NCBI GenBank assembly: GCA_045600585.1
Contig: JAZRYE010000003.1
Coordinates: forward strand, 772 to 64,771
Source: Bacilli bacterium
GTDB taxonomy: Bacteria > Bacillota_I > Bacilli_A > RFN20 > CAG-826
Direction of reading: 5' to 3'
Length of the DNA stretch: 64,000 nt
Shown: one piece after another, positions 46,278-57,428 of the stretch
Layout: each line of letters begins with the position of its first letter
Position numbering within the stretch: the stretch's first letter is position 1
The notes under the pieces: generated by a model
The model's database searches: none
The model's input: the letters and a program-made list of their open reading frames with translations, nothing else
What the model was told of the DNA's origin: nothing
Translations under genes and position numbers: made by a program

Positions 46278-47465
46278 TTACCAAATCCTTTCTTCTGTTT
46301 CCTTATTGAAAATGAAACATTTGTGAGATTTGACATTTAAAGCGACAACGCCAGGCTCAATTTTGTTATCAGCATCAACAATGACTTTAACAATTGGGCG
46401 TTCGCTTAAAGGATGAGCAGCACATACCGTGATATCTCTACCTAATGTTTCAATGTATTTGCATTCTAAATGAAGTGCGCCATTTTTGCTGACTTCAAAT
46501 CCTTCAGGACGAATGCCTACTGTAACTTCTTGATCTGCAATGTTTTCAACATCTAAAATCTTTTCTTCGCCAATATAAAGTTGATTATTTACGACCTTAC
46601 CAGCAAAGAAGTTGATTGGAGGAGTACCTAAGAAGTTAGCAACGAATTTGTTGCATGGATTATTGTAAACTTCTTGAGGATGAGCTCTTTGTTGTTCAAC
46701 ACCGAGTTTCATAACAACAATTTCATCTGAAATAGACATAGCTTCTTCTTGGTCATGAGTAACGAAAATAGTTGTAATTCCAGTACGTAATTGTAAACGT
46801 CTAATTTCTTCACGAGTTGCTAAACGTAAACGAGCATCTAAGTTTGATAAAGGTTCATCTAAGAGTAAAACTCTAGGTGATTTTGCTAATGCACGTGCGA
46901 TAGCAACACGTTGTTGTTGACCGCCAGATAATTGGCTAGGTTTTCTTTCTAAGAATTGATCGATTTGAACAAGTTCAGCCGTCTTACGAACAATCGAATC
47001 AATTTCTTCAACTGTTAATTTACGTTTCACTTTAACTGGATTACCAAATTCATCAACCACCACTTCACCAGCGTGATGAGCAACACCGTTTTTATCAACT
47101 GTGTCTTTTTTGTAAACTTTGTCTTCTTCAACTCTTAAATTTGTAAGAGGAAAGGCAACGTTTTTGTAAATGGTCATATGTGGATATAAAGCGTAGTTTT
47201 GGAAAACTAATCCAATGCCACGTTTATCCGGTGAAAGACGAGTGACTTCTTCATCACCAAACCAGATTTCTCCGCTGGTAGGTTCAAGAAGGCCCGCAAT
47301 CATGTAAAGGGTTGTGGATTTACCACATCCAGAAGGTCCCAAAAGACCGATAAGCTTTCCATCAGGAATAGTGATATCTAAATTATTTACTGCATATGTA
47401 TCAGGAATATTTTTCTTTTCATTTCCTGGGAAAATCTTGGTTAGATTTTTTAATCTAATTTCCAT
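46278..47465 (-). CDS. Sugar ABC transporter ATP-binding protein (MsmK/UgpC/MalK-like)
   Basis: Walker A GPSGCGKST, LSGGQQQR signature, Walker B LLLDEPLSNLD, and a C-terminal MalK-type regulatory domain. Confidence 0.85.
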   Translation of the reverse strand: MEIRLKNLTKIFPGNEKKNIPDTYAVNNLDITIPDGKLIGLLGPSGCGKSTTLYMIAGLLEPTSGEIWFGDEEVTRLSPDKRGIGLVFQNYALYPHMTIYKNVAFPLTNLRVEEDKVYKKDTVDKNGVAHHAGEVVVDEFGNPVKVKRKLTVEEIDSIVRKTAELVQIDQFLERKPSQLSGGQQQRVAIARALAKSPRVLLLDEPLSNLDARLRLATREEIRRLQLRTGITTIFVTHDQEEAMSISDEIVVMKLGVEQQRAHPQEVYNNPCNKFVANFLGTPPINFFAGKVVNNQLYIGEEKILDVENIADQEVTVGIRPEGFEVSKNGALHLECKYIETLGRDITVCAAHPLSERPIVKVIVDADNKIEPGVVALNVKSHKCFIFNKETEERIW

Positions 47466-47490
47466 GACTATTCTCCTTAATTCTGCACTT

Positions 47491-47520
47491 ATTATAAATC
47501 ACATAGTTTTATAGTTTCAA
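47491..47520 (-). promoter_or_regulatory. Sigma-A-type promoter of the ABC transporter operon
   Basis: Sense strand TTGAAA-N18-TATAAT about 30 bp upstream of the ATPase start. Confidence 0.55.
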
Positions 47521-47610
47521 TAACCAATAATCTATGATTAAATACATTTCCCAAATAATGCAACTATTTAATATTGTTTTGTACTTGTTCAAAACAAAGG
47601 AAAAAATAAA

Positions 47611-47637
47611 AGCACCGCTATTTCAGCAGTGCCTTAA
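47611..47637 (-). terminator. Terminator downstream of the zinc-ribbon membrane protein gene
   Basis: Imperfect GC hairpin (GCACCGC...GCAGTGC) followed on the minus strand by TTTTATTTTTT. Confidence 0.4.
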
Positions 47638-47663
47638 TTCGATTTGAAATGTTTAACCTATTT

Positions 47664-48125
47664 TTATCTTCTTCCTTGGTCTAAAGAATGAGCAGATAAA
47701 TGAACATATTTACCAGTTTGAACCGCGGATAAAGCTCTTCTAATTTCTTTTTGAATAATTAATTTTTCAATGATTAATCTAACAACACCAATAACTAATA
47801 ATGTTGCGCCACCAATAAGCCCAGCTAAAGAAACATAGAATTCAAAACAGGTAAATGATAATTGCTTTGTTGGTGACGAAGCAGTTGGATATTTAAAAGC
47901 CAATGCAAAGAATAAAATTCCAATGATTAAAAGAGTTGATCCTAAGACAATAAATGTCATTGCATTATCAACTTTTTCTCTAGAATTATTTTCACGTGTA
48001 TGAAGGGCTTTATTTAAAGTTCTAGTTTCTTCTTTATCTAATTCATGATCAACTAATCTATGTCCACAATATTCACAGCGACCGACTAAATTCTTGGATT
48101 CTTTACCACAGCGAATGCAATACAT
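47664..48125 (-). CDS. Zinc-ribbon membrane protein (153 aa)
   Basis: N-terminal CxxC...CxxC (CIRCG...CEYCG) followed by two TM helices. Confidence 0.45.
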   Translation of the reverse strand: MYCIRCGKESKNLVGRCEYCGHRLVDHELDKEETRTLNKALHTRENNSREKVDNAMTFIVLGSTLLIIGILFFALAFKYPTASSPTKQLSFTCFEFYVSLAGLIGGATLLVIGVVRLIIEKLIIQKEIRRALSAVQTGKYVHLSAHSLDQGRR

Positions 48126-48142
48126 GTCAAGTTAACCTCCAA

Positions 48143-48529
48143 TTACATTAATGTTGGTCCGTATTTCTTAACGCGTTCAGCATCAGAAATATGGAAGATA
48201 ATAGCAACTATTGTTCCTAAAGCAGCGACGATAGAACCAATAAACATCCAAGGTGAGAAATACTTTTCAACAGCAACACCTTTTAAGAAAACGATTAAGA
48301 TAGAAAAAACAACACCACCAATATCTAAGCCAAAGCCTAAATATGCGAGTAAATTCTTTTTTATAGAAAGAGCAGCTCCAGAGGCAATAATAATTCCGCC
48401 TAGAACACCCCACACCCAATCGTAATCTTTAAAATTACCTTCTGGCGCAGACATGTTCCAAAACAAACCGCCTAATAAAACTACATATGCTCCAACGAAT
48501 AATAAGATGATACCTAATTTCTTGTTCAT
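48143..48529 (-). CDS. Small integral membrane protein (about 128 aa)
   Basis: Likely start MNKKLGIILL. Four hydrophobic helices. Confidence 0.4.
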   Translation of the reverse strand: MNKKLGIILLFVGAYVVLLGGLFWNMSAPEGNFKDYDWVWGVLGGIIIASGAALSIKKNLLAYLGFGLDIGGVVFSILIVFLKGVAVEKYFSPWMFIGSIVAALGTIVAIIFHISDAERVKKYGPTLM

Positions 48530-48579
48530 TTTATCGTCCTCTTTATTTATATGCATTATAACATAACTATTAAAAATAA

Positions 48580-49749
48580 TTAATAGTTGAAGTTTGGATC
48601 CTTCTCACCATGAATTTTAATGCCCAAGTTTTCAGCGCGAATTTCAGCATTTCTCATGAAATTTGTATAAGTTAATTTCTTGTAATACATTGTATCGCTA
48701 ATTAAACTATCGTTCGCAAAATATAGCCAAGCATAACCCTCACGAACCATTTCAAAGTTTAGCATTGTATAATCTGATGGTTTTGGATTTTCAACATTTG
48801 AATACCAGACGTATGCAAGCATACGTCCATATGCCTCTCTCAATTGTGAAGATGTTGATGTTTGAATAGCAAATGCTTTCGCGTTATTAATAATTTTATT
48901 GTTATAGTCTTGAGCAGCATAACCCCATGGTTGAGCTTGAATATTTGTATGTTGAGTTTCAGGCGTATTAATGCCTAAATATCTAACTCTTTCATATGAC
49001 TGAATATAGGGAGATGTAACATTTGAGAAATAGAATTGAGTAGTATCTCCGTCTCCTTTATATTTCAAAGTGACAGGAACTGCACCTCCACCACAGCTAC
49101 CATCTGAATTGACTAATGGCTTATTAAAGTCTTCGCTTGTCAATTTCGGACCTTCCAAAAGTTCTTTTTCACTTAAAGTGGTTTCTATAGTTCCAAGATG
49201 AGAATAATCGTCTTTCGAATATCTTATCCAATCGTATGAATAAAATACTGTTCTTCCAATCAAGAATTCTCTTTTTCTAGCTAGATCAAGCTGACGTCCA
49301 TAATTATTTTGATAACCGATTCTTCCAAGTACATCACAAACAACATTACCTCTTTTTAGACTAATAGGCCAAGTACCGTCAATAATTAAGTCATTTGAAA
49401 TTAGATTAGCTTTATTTTTAAGTTCGTCATTAGATTCGCTAAAAACTATTACATAAGTTGAATTGGATGACAAAGTTCCAGATAAATTAATAATCTTATA
49501 TGGAGTAACATTAGACTTTTCATATATTTCTATTGAATAGTTATTAAGAGATATATCGGATTCGGATTTGTTAAAAATTTCAAGAGCCCGATTTTGCAAA
49601 GAACTACCAATTTGTATTTCCGAGAAAATTAATTCTGAATCAGTTTCCTTGCCTTCTTGAAAAACATCAATTTTAGATTCTCCATTTGAGCATGAAAGTA
49701 AACTAAAAACCAAAAAGAAAAGAGGCCATTTCTTATTCATAATGGACAT
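48580..49749 (-). CDS. Second thermonuclease (SNc)-like lipoprotein
   Basis: Lipobox LLSCS. SNase motif VRYLGINTPETQHTNIQAQPWG. Overlaps the next gene by 17 bp. Confidence 0.55.
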   Translation of the reverse strand: MSIMNKKWPLFFLVFSLLSCSNGESKIDVFQEGKETDSELIFSEIQIGSSLQNRALEIFNKSESDISLNNYSIEIYEKSNVTPYKIINLSGTLSSNSTYVIVFSESNDELKNKANLISNDLIIDGTWPISLKRGNVVCDVLGRIGYQNNYGRQLDLARKREFLIGRTVFYSYDWIRYSKDDYSHLGTIETTLSEKELLEGPKLTSEDFNKPLVNSDGSCGGGAVPVTLKYKGDGDTTQFYFSNVTSPYIQSYERVRYLGINTPETQHTNIQAQPWGYAAQDYNNKIINNAKAFAIQTSTSSQLREAYGRMLAYVWYSNVENPKPSDYTMLNFEMVREGYAWLYFANDSLISDTMYYKKLTYTNFMRNAEIRAENLGIKIHGEKDPNFNY

Positions 49750-50698
49750 CCTCTTTATTTAATACAAACTTAGAATCTTTAGTTTGTTTATTAATCATTT
49801 CTTCTTTTGTTATGCAAATAGATTTCCATGGAGCTTCAACAACATAAGTATTTGTCACATAATCATGGAATGACTGTCCACGTTTAGAGAACACAAACAT
49901 AGAGAAGCTAATAATAACAGGAATCATGAATGTAACAACAGATAATAGAAGTTCAAGAAGAACGAGTCCAAATCTAGCCAAAAAGCGTGGATATCTAGGA
50001 GAAAGAGCGTGGACATCAATAACAGCTAATTTAAACGCCAATTTACCTAGAGTCTTTTTTCCTCTAAATAAGCAAGTAGGAATTATTAATTCATAGACAA
50101 TAATTGAAACGACTACAGGAACTAATAAGATAAGGAAAATGAATGATAAAGAAATTATTTTACTATTAGAAATATAATCATTTGAATTATTTAAATGTTG
50201 AAGTGCTTTGCCATTCATTGCATTGCAATAAAAATCATAGAGCTCTTTTGTTGTCGCAGTGCTTTTTGCAACAATCGTTGTATGAGAGCTGTCTTCATAG
50301 ATAAATAAATCACTAGAAGAACCATTAGGTATTTTTTGAATGTTATATAAATATAATCCATCCTTTGGATCAGTTTGATCAAAGAAAGCAGGGTCAGAAT
50401 AGAAAAGAGTTAATGCGTTATCAAACTTAGTATTGAGTTCTTTCATTTCTTCTTCATTATTTGCAATATAAAAATCAGACATTATTGTCGCTATACCTTT
50501 ATCGTTTTCGACATACAAATGAGAAGCTAGCTGAATGTTATTAATGTTTTGGTTAGCTTCTTTATAAAAAGAAGAATTAGACACAATTTGTCTACTTCCA
50601 AGCATCAATAAAAGAGTTGTAATAAGCATTAAAAGAAAATCTAATGCAAATGCAAACAAGCGAGTAGAATACTTAGCCTTTGAATAAGTAACTTCCAC
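49733..50698 (-). CDS. RDD-family-like membrane protein
   Basis: N-terminal RLFAFALDFLLMLITTLLL and C-terminal TM pair (RDD-like). Confidence 0.4.
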   Translation of the reverse strand: MEVTYSKAKYSTRLFAFALDFLLMLITTLLLMLGSRQIVSNSSFYKEANQNINNIQLASHLYVENDKGIATIMSDFYIANNEEEMKELNTKFDNALTLFYSDPAFFDQTDPKDGLYLYNIQKIPNGSSSDLFIYEDSSHTTIVAKSTATTKELYDFYCNAMNGKALQHLNNSNDYISNSKIISLSFIFLILLVPVVVSIIVYELIIPTCLFRGKKTLGKLAFKLAVIDVHALSPRYPRFLARFGLVLLELLLSVVTFMIPVIISFSMFVFSKRGQSFHDYVTNTYVVEAPWKSICITKEEMINKQTKDSKFVLNKEDVHYE

Positions 50699-51852
50699 TA
50701 TTGTTCATCTCCTTTATTTACAATGTTCTGTTCTTCAGGATCAAAATATACTGGATCTTCTTTAAGAACCAATAAGCGGGATAATTTATCATGTAATGCA
50801 GTTTTTTCTGAAGAAATAGATAGATATATATAAGATATAATACAAAGTATAAATGATACTAAGGCTACTGGAATGAAATAGAATGGTTTATCACCAATAA
50901 AGAATAAAGGCATTCTAATAATACCTGGACCGATTTGGAAAAGCGGGATCAATAAAGCAAAGAATAAATAGAAAATATATTGGAGTAGCCACCTTGCAAA
51001 TAATCTTCCTGGAGTAACCATTTTATTATCTTTAAAGAAAACACCAATATGAAGCATCTTCTTTGCAAATGTTTGTCCCTTTTTTAGACATAATGGGACA
51101 ATAAAATAATAAAGGAAGAATAATATCGTATATGTTATTAAAGAGCTAACAGCAACGAGATTATATAGTTTATTTGCAGAATTAATAAATAAATGAGATG
51201 CTTCGTTATATTCATTAGAAGTTAAAAGAACTTCGGATGCTTTATTTCTTTCTTCAGAGAATAATTTCATTGCATAGTTATAATATTCTTCACTTTTAGA
51301 ATTTATATCTTCATCAAAGTATTGAGTTAAATAGTTTTTAGCATCTTCTTTTAATATCAACGGCTTATTTATATCGTTATCTTTTTTATCAAAGAGAATA
51401 TTATCCTCGCTTTCAGAACGATAAACATTTTCATTAACCCAAGATATGGAATATGAAATCGCTTCTTTAAAATGTAATGTTGGAATAGTTTCTAAATAGA
51501 AATGATAGAAAATATCATTAAACTTATTTTCATCATCAAGAAGTGAATCAGCAATAAAATGTTTCAATATATCGTTTGCATAGGTTTGATAATCAGTTTC
51601 ATTACCTTCACCATCAGTTTTTACTAAACGCGCATCTTCTGTAAGTTTTAAAACAATATTGTAATTCTCGTCTTGAGTAACACTATTGCTCTTATACGAT
51701 GGAAGAGAAGAAATAATAGGTACAACCGCCAAAGAAAATAGCATTATCGATGTAACTAAAAAGATTATTGCATCAGCAAGAAAAGCTCCTAATCTACGAA
51801 AAGGACTAATTAAATTAGGGTTATATTTTTTTGTTTCGTTTCTAGTATTCAT
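50698..51852 (-). CDS. RDD-family-like membrane protein, paralog
   Basis: RRLGAFLADAIIFLVTSIMLF; same architecture as the neighbour. Start and stop overlap by 1 nt. Confidence 0.4.
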   Translation of the reverse strand: MNTRNETKKYNPNLISPFRRLGAFLADAIIFLVTSIMLFSLAVVPIISSLPSYKSNSVTQDENYNIVLKLTEDARLVKTDGEGNETDYQTYANDILKHFIADSLLDDENKFNDIFYHFYLETIPTLHFKEAISYSISWVNENVYRSESEDNILFDKKDNDINKPLILKEDAKNYLTQYFDEDINSKSEEYYNYAMKLFSEERNKASEVLLTSNEYNEASHLFINSANKLYNLVAVSSLITYTILFFLYYFIVPLCLKKGQTFAKKMLHIGVFFKDNKMVTPGRLFARWLLQYIFYLFFALLIPLFQIGPGIIRMPLFFIGDKPFYFIPVALVSFILCIISYIYLSISSEKTALHDKLSRLLVLKEDPVYFDPEEQNIVNKGDEQ

Positions 51853-51897
51853 AATATAAAAATCCGTTAATACAAACGGATTATAGTTATCAAAAAA

Positions 51898-52509
51898 TTA
51901 ACGTGTTTCTGGAGTTTTAATAATAGTTAAAGCACTTGCTGTAGCAGCGCCAACGCCAAGTAAGCCAGCTAGGATAGAACCAAATGCACTATGACCATTA
52001 ATATATCCATAAGGATAAATGCTATGAGCAGTGTCAAATCTAGTAGAGGCAACAATAGGATTTACCATATAGAACCAAATAGGTGCAAATAGAATAATTA
52101 AGGCGCCTAAAATAAAACCGGCAAGGATTATCTTATTAAATACGTTATTTACGTCTAAAATGAGCAAAATAGCCATTCCAACAGAAGAAGCAATCATGAA
52201 GATTACACCGATTAATAATGGAATATTAAAAGCTAACTTTTCAACTTGTTCAGAAGCAGTTGTTCCACTAGCAATCCAGACACTATATGAACCAACTCCG
52301 AATAGTAAGTTTGATCCACCAATAATTTGTTTATATGAAGCCATTGCTTCAGGAATAGTATAGGATGGATTAGCCATTGCTGATTTAGCGTCAGGTGTTA
52401 AATCAATTCTTACAGCAGGTAATAAAATAAAAAGTAAGACAGATAAAACGCCAAGACAAATAGCAACTAAAGAACAAATATTTATCTTATTAAAAAACGA
52501 TTTCTTCAT
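51898..52509 (-). CDS. Integral membrane protein (203 aa)
   Basis: Five to six hydrophobic helices; nothing else recognised. Confidence 0.4.
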   Translation of the reverse strand: MKKSFFNKINICSLVAICLGVLSVLLFILLPAVRIDLTPDAKSAMANPSYTIPEAMASYKQIIGGSNLLFGVGSYSVWIASGTTASEQVEKLAFNIPLLIGVIFMIASSVGMAILLILDVNNVFNKIILAGFILGALIILFAPIWFYMVNPIVASTRFDTAHSIYPYGYINGHSAFGSILAGLLGVGAATASALTIIKTPETR

Positions 52510-52597
52510 TATATTTACCTCTATGTTTTTATTTTACAATAAATATCCTTATTTTCAATAAACAATATGTATACACAATAAGCCAATGTGCAAAGAA

Positions 52598-52622
52598 AAA
52601 CCCGCCGAATGAAGCGGGTTAT
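52598..52622 (-). terminator. tuf terminator
   Basis: AACCCGC-N8-GCGGGTT hairpin followed on the minus strand by TTTTTCTTTG. Confidence 0.6.
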
Positions 52623-52648
52623 CTTTATTAAATGAATTAGCTAGATAA

Positions 52649-53833
52649 TTATTTAATGATTTCGTTGACTGTACCAGCACCAACTGTACGACCACCTTCA
52701 CGGATGGAGAATTTTGTACCTTTTTCCATAGCGATTGGGTGAATGAGTTCGACTGTTAATTCAACGTTATCACCAGGCATAACCATATCTACACCAGCAG
52801 GGAGTGTGATGACACCTGTGACGTCTGTTGTACGGAAGTAGAATTGTGGTCTGTAGTTGCTTAAGAAAGCTGTATGACGGCCACCTTCTTCTTTAGTTAA
52901 GACGTAAACAGAACCTTTGAATAATTTGTGAGGAGTAACTGAACCTGGTTTTGCTAAGACTTGACCACGTTGTACTTGATCACGGTTGATACCTCTTAAT
53001 AAGACACCGACGTTGTCACCTGATTGGACATAGTCACATGTTTTACGGAAAGATTCAAGACCTGTAATAACAGATGTTTGTGTATCTTTAATACCGACGA
53101 TTTCAACTGTATCGCCTAATTTTGCTGAACCACGTTCGACACGGCCTGTAACGACTGTACCACGGCCAGAAATTGTCATAACGTCTTCGATAGCTAATAA
53201 GAATGGCTTATCCATTTCTCTAGCTGGAGCTGGGATGTATTTATCAACAGCATCCATTAATTCTAAGATTGCTTTTTGTGCTTCTGGATCACCGTCTAAT
53301 GCTTTTCTAGCAGAACCACGGATGACTGGAGTTTCATCACCAGGGAATCCGTAAGAATTGAGTAATTCACGAACATCCATTTCAACTAAGTCTAATAATT
53401 CTGGATCATCGACTAAGTCTGTTTTGTTGATGAAGACAACGATATATGGAACACCAACTTGTCTTGCTAATAAGATGTGTTCACGAGTTTGTGGCATAAC
53501 ACCATCAGTACCTGCAACGACTAAGATACCACCATCCATTTGAGCAGCACCTGTGATCATGTTTTTAACATAGTCAGCGTGGCCTGGGCAGTCAACGTGA
53601 GCATAGTGTCTTGTTGCTGTTTGATATTCGATGTGTGCTGTGTTAATTGTAATACCACGAGCTTTTTCTTCTGGTGCAGAGTCGATTTGATCATAAGCTG
53701 TTGCGACAGCACCGCCTTGTTTTGCTAAGACAGATGTAATTGCAGCTGTTAATGTTGTTTTACCATGGTCGACGTGGCCGATAGTACCAATGTTAACGTG
53801 TTCTTTGGATCTGTCAAATTTTTCTTTTGCCAT
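52649..53833 (-). CDS. tuf: Elongation factor Tu
   Basis: 394 aa. [24 protein letters not shown]-binding motifs. Confidence 0.97.
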   Translation of the reverse strand: MAKEKFDRSKEHVNIGTIGHVDHGKTTLTAAITSVLAKQGGAVATAYDQIDSAPEEKARGITINTAHIEYQTATRHYAHVDCPGHADYVKNMITGAAQMDGGILVVAGTDGVMPQTREHILLARQVGVPYIVVFINKTDLVDDPELLDLVEMDVRELLNSYGFPGDETPVIRGSARKALDGDPEAQKAILELMDAVDKYIPAPAREMDKPFLLAIEDVMTISGRGTVVTGRVERGSAKLGDTVEIVGIKDTQTSVITGLESFRKTCDYVQSGDNVGVLLRGINRDQVQRGQVLAKPGSVTPHKLFKGSVYVLTKEEGGRHTAFLSNYRPQFYFRTTDVTGVITLPAGVDMVMPGDNVELTVELIHPIAMEKGTKFSIREGGRTVGAGTVNEIIK

Positions 53834-53937
53834 AAATTTTTAAATTCCTTTCATTTTTGTGTTTCAATCGATTTTGAACGATTAAATAATATAGCAATTA
53901 ATATTTATAATCAATACCAATGGTATTAAATTACGAT

Positions 53938-56013
53938 TTAGCGGTTGCTAACACCGCTGTTTTTAACGATTTCGTCTTGGACGTAACGTGGGCATTCACC
54001 ATAATGATCAAATTGCATTACGTAGTTACCACGTCCTTGAGTCATAGAACGAAGGTCTGTAACATAACCGAACATTTCGGATAATGGTACTTCTGCTTCA
54101 ATGATCTTAGCGTTAGCTCTTTGAGATTCGCCTGTAACTGAACCTCTTCTTCTAGAGATATCACCAATGACATCACCATAATATTGTTCAGGAACTGTAA
54201 CTTCAATCTTCATGATTGGTTCAAGAATGACTGGTTGACATTTCTTAGCAGCTTCTTTTAAAGCCATAGATGCAGCGATCTTATAAGCAGCTTCAGAGGA
54301 GTCGACATCGTGGTAAGAACCATCGAATAATGTAGCTTTGATGTCCATGACTTCGAAGCCAGCGAGCATACCTCTCTTTAATGAATCTCTTAAGCCATCA
54401 TCTGTTGGTTTGATGTATTCTCTAGGAACTGTACCACCAACGATAGCATCGACGAATTCATAGCCTTTGCCTGGGTTTGGTTCAAATTTGATCCAAACGT
54501 GACCATATTGACCACGACCACCAGATTGCTTAATGTATTTACCTTCGCAATCAGCAGCAGATCTAATTGTTTCTTTGTATTCAACCTGAGGAGCACCAAC
54601 GTTAACTTGAACGCCGAATTCTCTCTTCATACGGTCGACAATAATGTCTAAGTGTAATTCACCGACACCAGCAATAATTGTTTGGCCTGTTTCAGCATTT
54701 GTTCTGACACGGAATGTTGGGTCTTCTTCAGCTAATTTTTGTAAAGCAAGAGCCATCTTTTCTTGGTCAGCTTTTGTTTTTGGTTCAACAGCTTCTTCAA
54801 TAACTGGATCTGGGAATTCCATTCTTTCAAGAATGACTTCAGTCTTTTCATCACAGAGTGTATCACCAGTTGTTGTGTTCTTTAAACCAACAACAGCACC
54901 GATGTCACCGGCGTGGAGTTCATCGACTTCTTCTCTGTGGTTAGAGTGCATTAAGACAACACGAGCAATTCTTTCTTTTGTACCTTTTGTTGAGTTAAGG
55001 ACATAAGAACCTGATTTTAATGTACCGCTATAAACACGGACATATGCAAGTCTACCAATGAATGGGTCTGTTGCAATCTTGAATGCGAGAGCAGCGAGAG
55101 GAGCATCATCGCTTGGTTCGCAGATTTTTTCTTTACCGAATTCATCTTCGCCTTTTGCAGGTGGGATGTCTAATGGAGATGGTAAGTAATCAACAACACC
55201 ATCTAATAATTTTTGAATGTTCTTATTCTTATAAGCAGAACCGCAGAATACTGGGTGGAATTCACCTGTTAAAACAGCTTGACGAATAACTTTCTTTGTT
55301 GTTTCAACGTCTGGTTCCATACCTTCGAGAACCATCATTAAGATGTCTTCATTGAAGTTACTTAATGCTTCGAATAATTTTTCTCTACATTCAGCAACTT
55401 TTGCTTTGTATTCTTCTGGGATTGGTTCTTCATGTGGTTCTTTTTCATCTTTAGCATATACCCATGCTTTTTGTTCGATAATATCGATACAACCATTTAA
55501 TGATGATTCGATACCTATTGGGTATTGAACTGCAGCTGCATTAGCACCTAAACGTTCATGTAAAGATCTGACACACATGTCGAAGTCAGCACCAATAGCG
55601 TCTAATTTGTTAACGAAAACAATTCTAGGAACGCCATATTTAGAACCTTGTCTCCAAACTGTTTCAGTTTGTGGTTCAACACCGTTCTTACCATCAAGAA
55701 CTGTGACAGCACCATCAAGAACACGTAATGAACGTTCAACTTCAACTGTGAAGTCAACGTGGCCAGGAGTGTCGATGATGTTGATACGATTGCCCTTCCA
55801 GAATGCTGTTGTAGCAGCGGAAGTAATTGTAATACCTCTTTCTTGTTCTTGTGCCATCCAGTCCATTGTTGCAGCACCTTCGTGAACTTCACCAATTTTA
55901 TGGATCTTACCTGTAAAGTAGAGGATTCTTTCAGTAGTAGTTGTTTTACCAGCATCAATGTGAGCCATGATACCGATGTTACGTGTATGTGCTAAATCAT
56001 ATTCACGAGCCAT
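53938..56013 (-). CDS. fusA: Elongation factor G
   Basis: 691 aa. [21 protein letters not shown] motifs. Confidence 0.97.
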   Translation of the reverse strand: MAREYDLAHTRNIGIMAHIDAGKTTTTERILYFTGKIHKIGEVHEGAATMDWMAQEQERGITITSAATTAFWKGNRINIIDTPGHVDFTVEVERSLRVLDGAVTVLDGKNGVEPQTETVWRQGSKYGVPRIVFVNKLDAIGADFDMCVRSLHERLGANAAAVQYPIGIESSLNGCIDIIEQKAWVYAKDEKEPHEEPIPEEYKAKVAECREKLFEALSNFNEDILMMVLEGMEPDVETTKKVIRQAVLTGEFHPVFCGSAYKNKNIQKLLDGVVDYLPSPLDIPPAKGEDEFGKEKICEPSDDAPLAALAFKIATDPFIGRLAYVRVYSGTLKSGSYVLNSTKGTKERIARVVLMHSNHREEVDELHAGDIGAVVGLKNTTTGDTLCDEKTEVILERMEFPDPVIEEAVEPKTKADQEKMALALQKLAEEDPTFRVRTNAETGQTIIAGVGELHLDIIVDRMKREFGVQVNVGAPQVEYKETIRSAADCEGKYIKQSGGRGQYGHVWIKFEPNPGKGYEFVDAIVGGTVPREYIKPTDDGLRDSLKRGMLAGFEVMDIKATLFDGSYHDVDSSEAAYKIAASMALKEAAKKCQPVILEPIMKIEVTVPEQYYGDVIGDISRRRGSVTGESQRANAKIIEAEVPLSEMFGYVTDLRSMTQGRGNYVMQFDHYGECPRYVQDEIVKNSGVSNR

Positions 56014-56037
56014 ATATTATTCTCCCTACTGATAAGA

Positions 56038-56505
56038 TTACCAACGATAATGTGCATAAGCTTTGTTTGCTTCTGCCATTTTGTGTGTATCTTCTCTTTT
56101 CTTAACGGAAGCGCCTGTTCCATTAGCAGCATCGATGATTTCGTTTGCTAATCTATCTTCCATTGTCTTTTCGTTTCTTAAACGAGAATAGTTAACTAAC
56201 CAACGTAAACCTAAAGTAACTTTTCTTTCTGGTGAAACTTCAGTTGGAACTTGGTAGTTAGCACCACCAACACGGCGCATTCTTAATTCAACTTCAGGCA
56301 TAATGTTGTTTAATGCTGTAGCGAATACATCCATTGCTGGTTTGCTGGTTTTTGCTTCGATTTTATTGAAGGCAGAGTAGAGAATGTTTTGAGCTGTTCC
56401 CTTTTTACCATCAAGCATAATCTTGTTAATTAAACGTGTAACTAATTTACTGTTATAAATTGGATCTGGTAAAACGTCACGTTTTGTTGCATTACCTTTA
56501 CGCAT
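56038..56505 (-). CDS. rpsG: 30S ribosomal protein S7
   Basis: 155 aa. Start of the mature protein at PRKG; S7 family composition and length. Position in the str operon. Confidence 0.9.
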   Translation of the reverse strand: MRKGNATKRDVLPDPIYNSKLVTRLINKIMLDGKKGTAQNILYSAFNKIEAKTSKPAMDVFATALNNIMPEVELRMRRVGGANYQVPTEVSPERKVTLGLRWLVNYSRLRNEKTMEDRLANEIIDAANGTGASVKKREDTHKMAEANKAYAHYRW

Positions 56506-56525
56506 AATGTTTATCTCCTTTCAAA

Positions 56526-56945
56526 TTAATCTGCAGATTTTGGTCTCTTAGTACCGTATAAGCTTCTGCCTTGTCTTCTTTTTTCAATACCTGCACAGTC
56601 GAGTGTACCACGGATAATGTGATAACGAACACCAGGTAAGTCCTTAACACGGCCGCCTCTAATCATGACGGTTGAGTGTTCTTGTAAGTTGTGGCCTTCA
56701 CCACCGATATAAGCTGTAACTTCGTATCCGTTTGATAATCTAACACGGGCGTACTTTCTTAAAGCTGAGTTAGGCTTCTTTGGGGTCATGGTTCCAACAC
56801 GGGTGCAAACACCACGCTTTTGTGAAGCTGGTTGGCTTGCTTGTTTTTTCTTCAATGAGTTCCATCTTGATCCTAAAGCTGGAGATTTAGATTTCCATGC
56901 TTTGTTTTGGCGACCTTCACGAACTAATTGGTTAATTGTTGGCAT
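56526..56945 (-). CDS. rpsL: 30S ribosomal protein S12
   Basis: Real start MPTINQLVR (the ORF-track N-terminus is a leader). [10 protein letters not shown] motif. Confidence 0.9.
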   Translation of the reverse strand: MPTINQLVREGRQNKAWKSKSPALGSRWNSLKKKQASQPASQKRGVCTRVGTMTPKKPNSALRKYARVRLSNGYEVTAYIGGEGHNLQEHSTVMIRGGRVKDLPGVRYHIIRGTLDCAGIEKRRQGRSLYGTKRPKSAD

Positions 56946-57147
56946 ATAATTGCTCCTTTCAATTTCCTTTTTTAGATACATGTATTAGTATCCACAGTAC
57001 CGGGTGTGTCATACATTTCCTTAAAAAATGCGCCACAAACGGCAGACGTGTCTACTAGTTACACACGCTTATATATAATATAGTGTTAAAAATTGTGACG
57101 CAAGTAAAAAATATTATTTTATTCAAAAAAGATTAAAATAAGAAAAA

Positions 57148-57169
57148 TCACTGCCGTATTTGACAGTGA
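57148..57169 (-). terminator. acpP terminator
   Basis: TCACTG-N10-CAGTGA hairpin followed on the minus strand by TTTTTCTTATTTT. Confidence 0.5.
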
Positions 57170-57186
57170 ATTTCATAGTTTTAAGC

Positions 57187-57411
57187 TTATTTCTTTAAAG
57201 TTTCTAAGAATTTGATAACATCACCAACTGTACCGAAGTTCATTGGTTCATCAAATTGCATATTATATTCATCTTCGATAGCCATTGCTAACATCATTGT
57301 AGCAAGTGAATCAAAGTGTAAGTCTTCTACTAAACGAGTTTCTAATGTGACAGAACTCATGTCAACATCTGGGACGACATTTGCCATCATTTCTTTTAAT
57401 TTTTCTAACAT
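57187..57411 (-). CDS. acpP: Acyl carrier protein
   Basis: 74 aa. Phosphopantetheine attachment site LHFDSL (DSL motif). Confidence 0.85.
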   Translation of the reverse strand: MLEKLKEMMANVVPDVDMSSVTLETRLVEDLHFDSLATMMLAMAIEDEYNMQFDEPMNFGTVGDVIKFLETLKK

Positions 57412-57428
57412 AATAATTCTCCTTGAAA

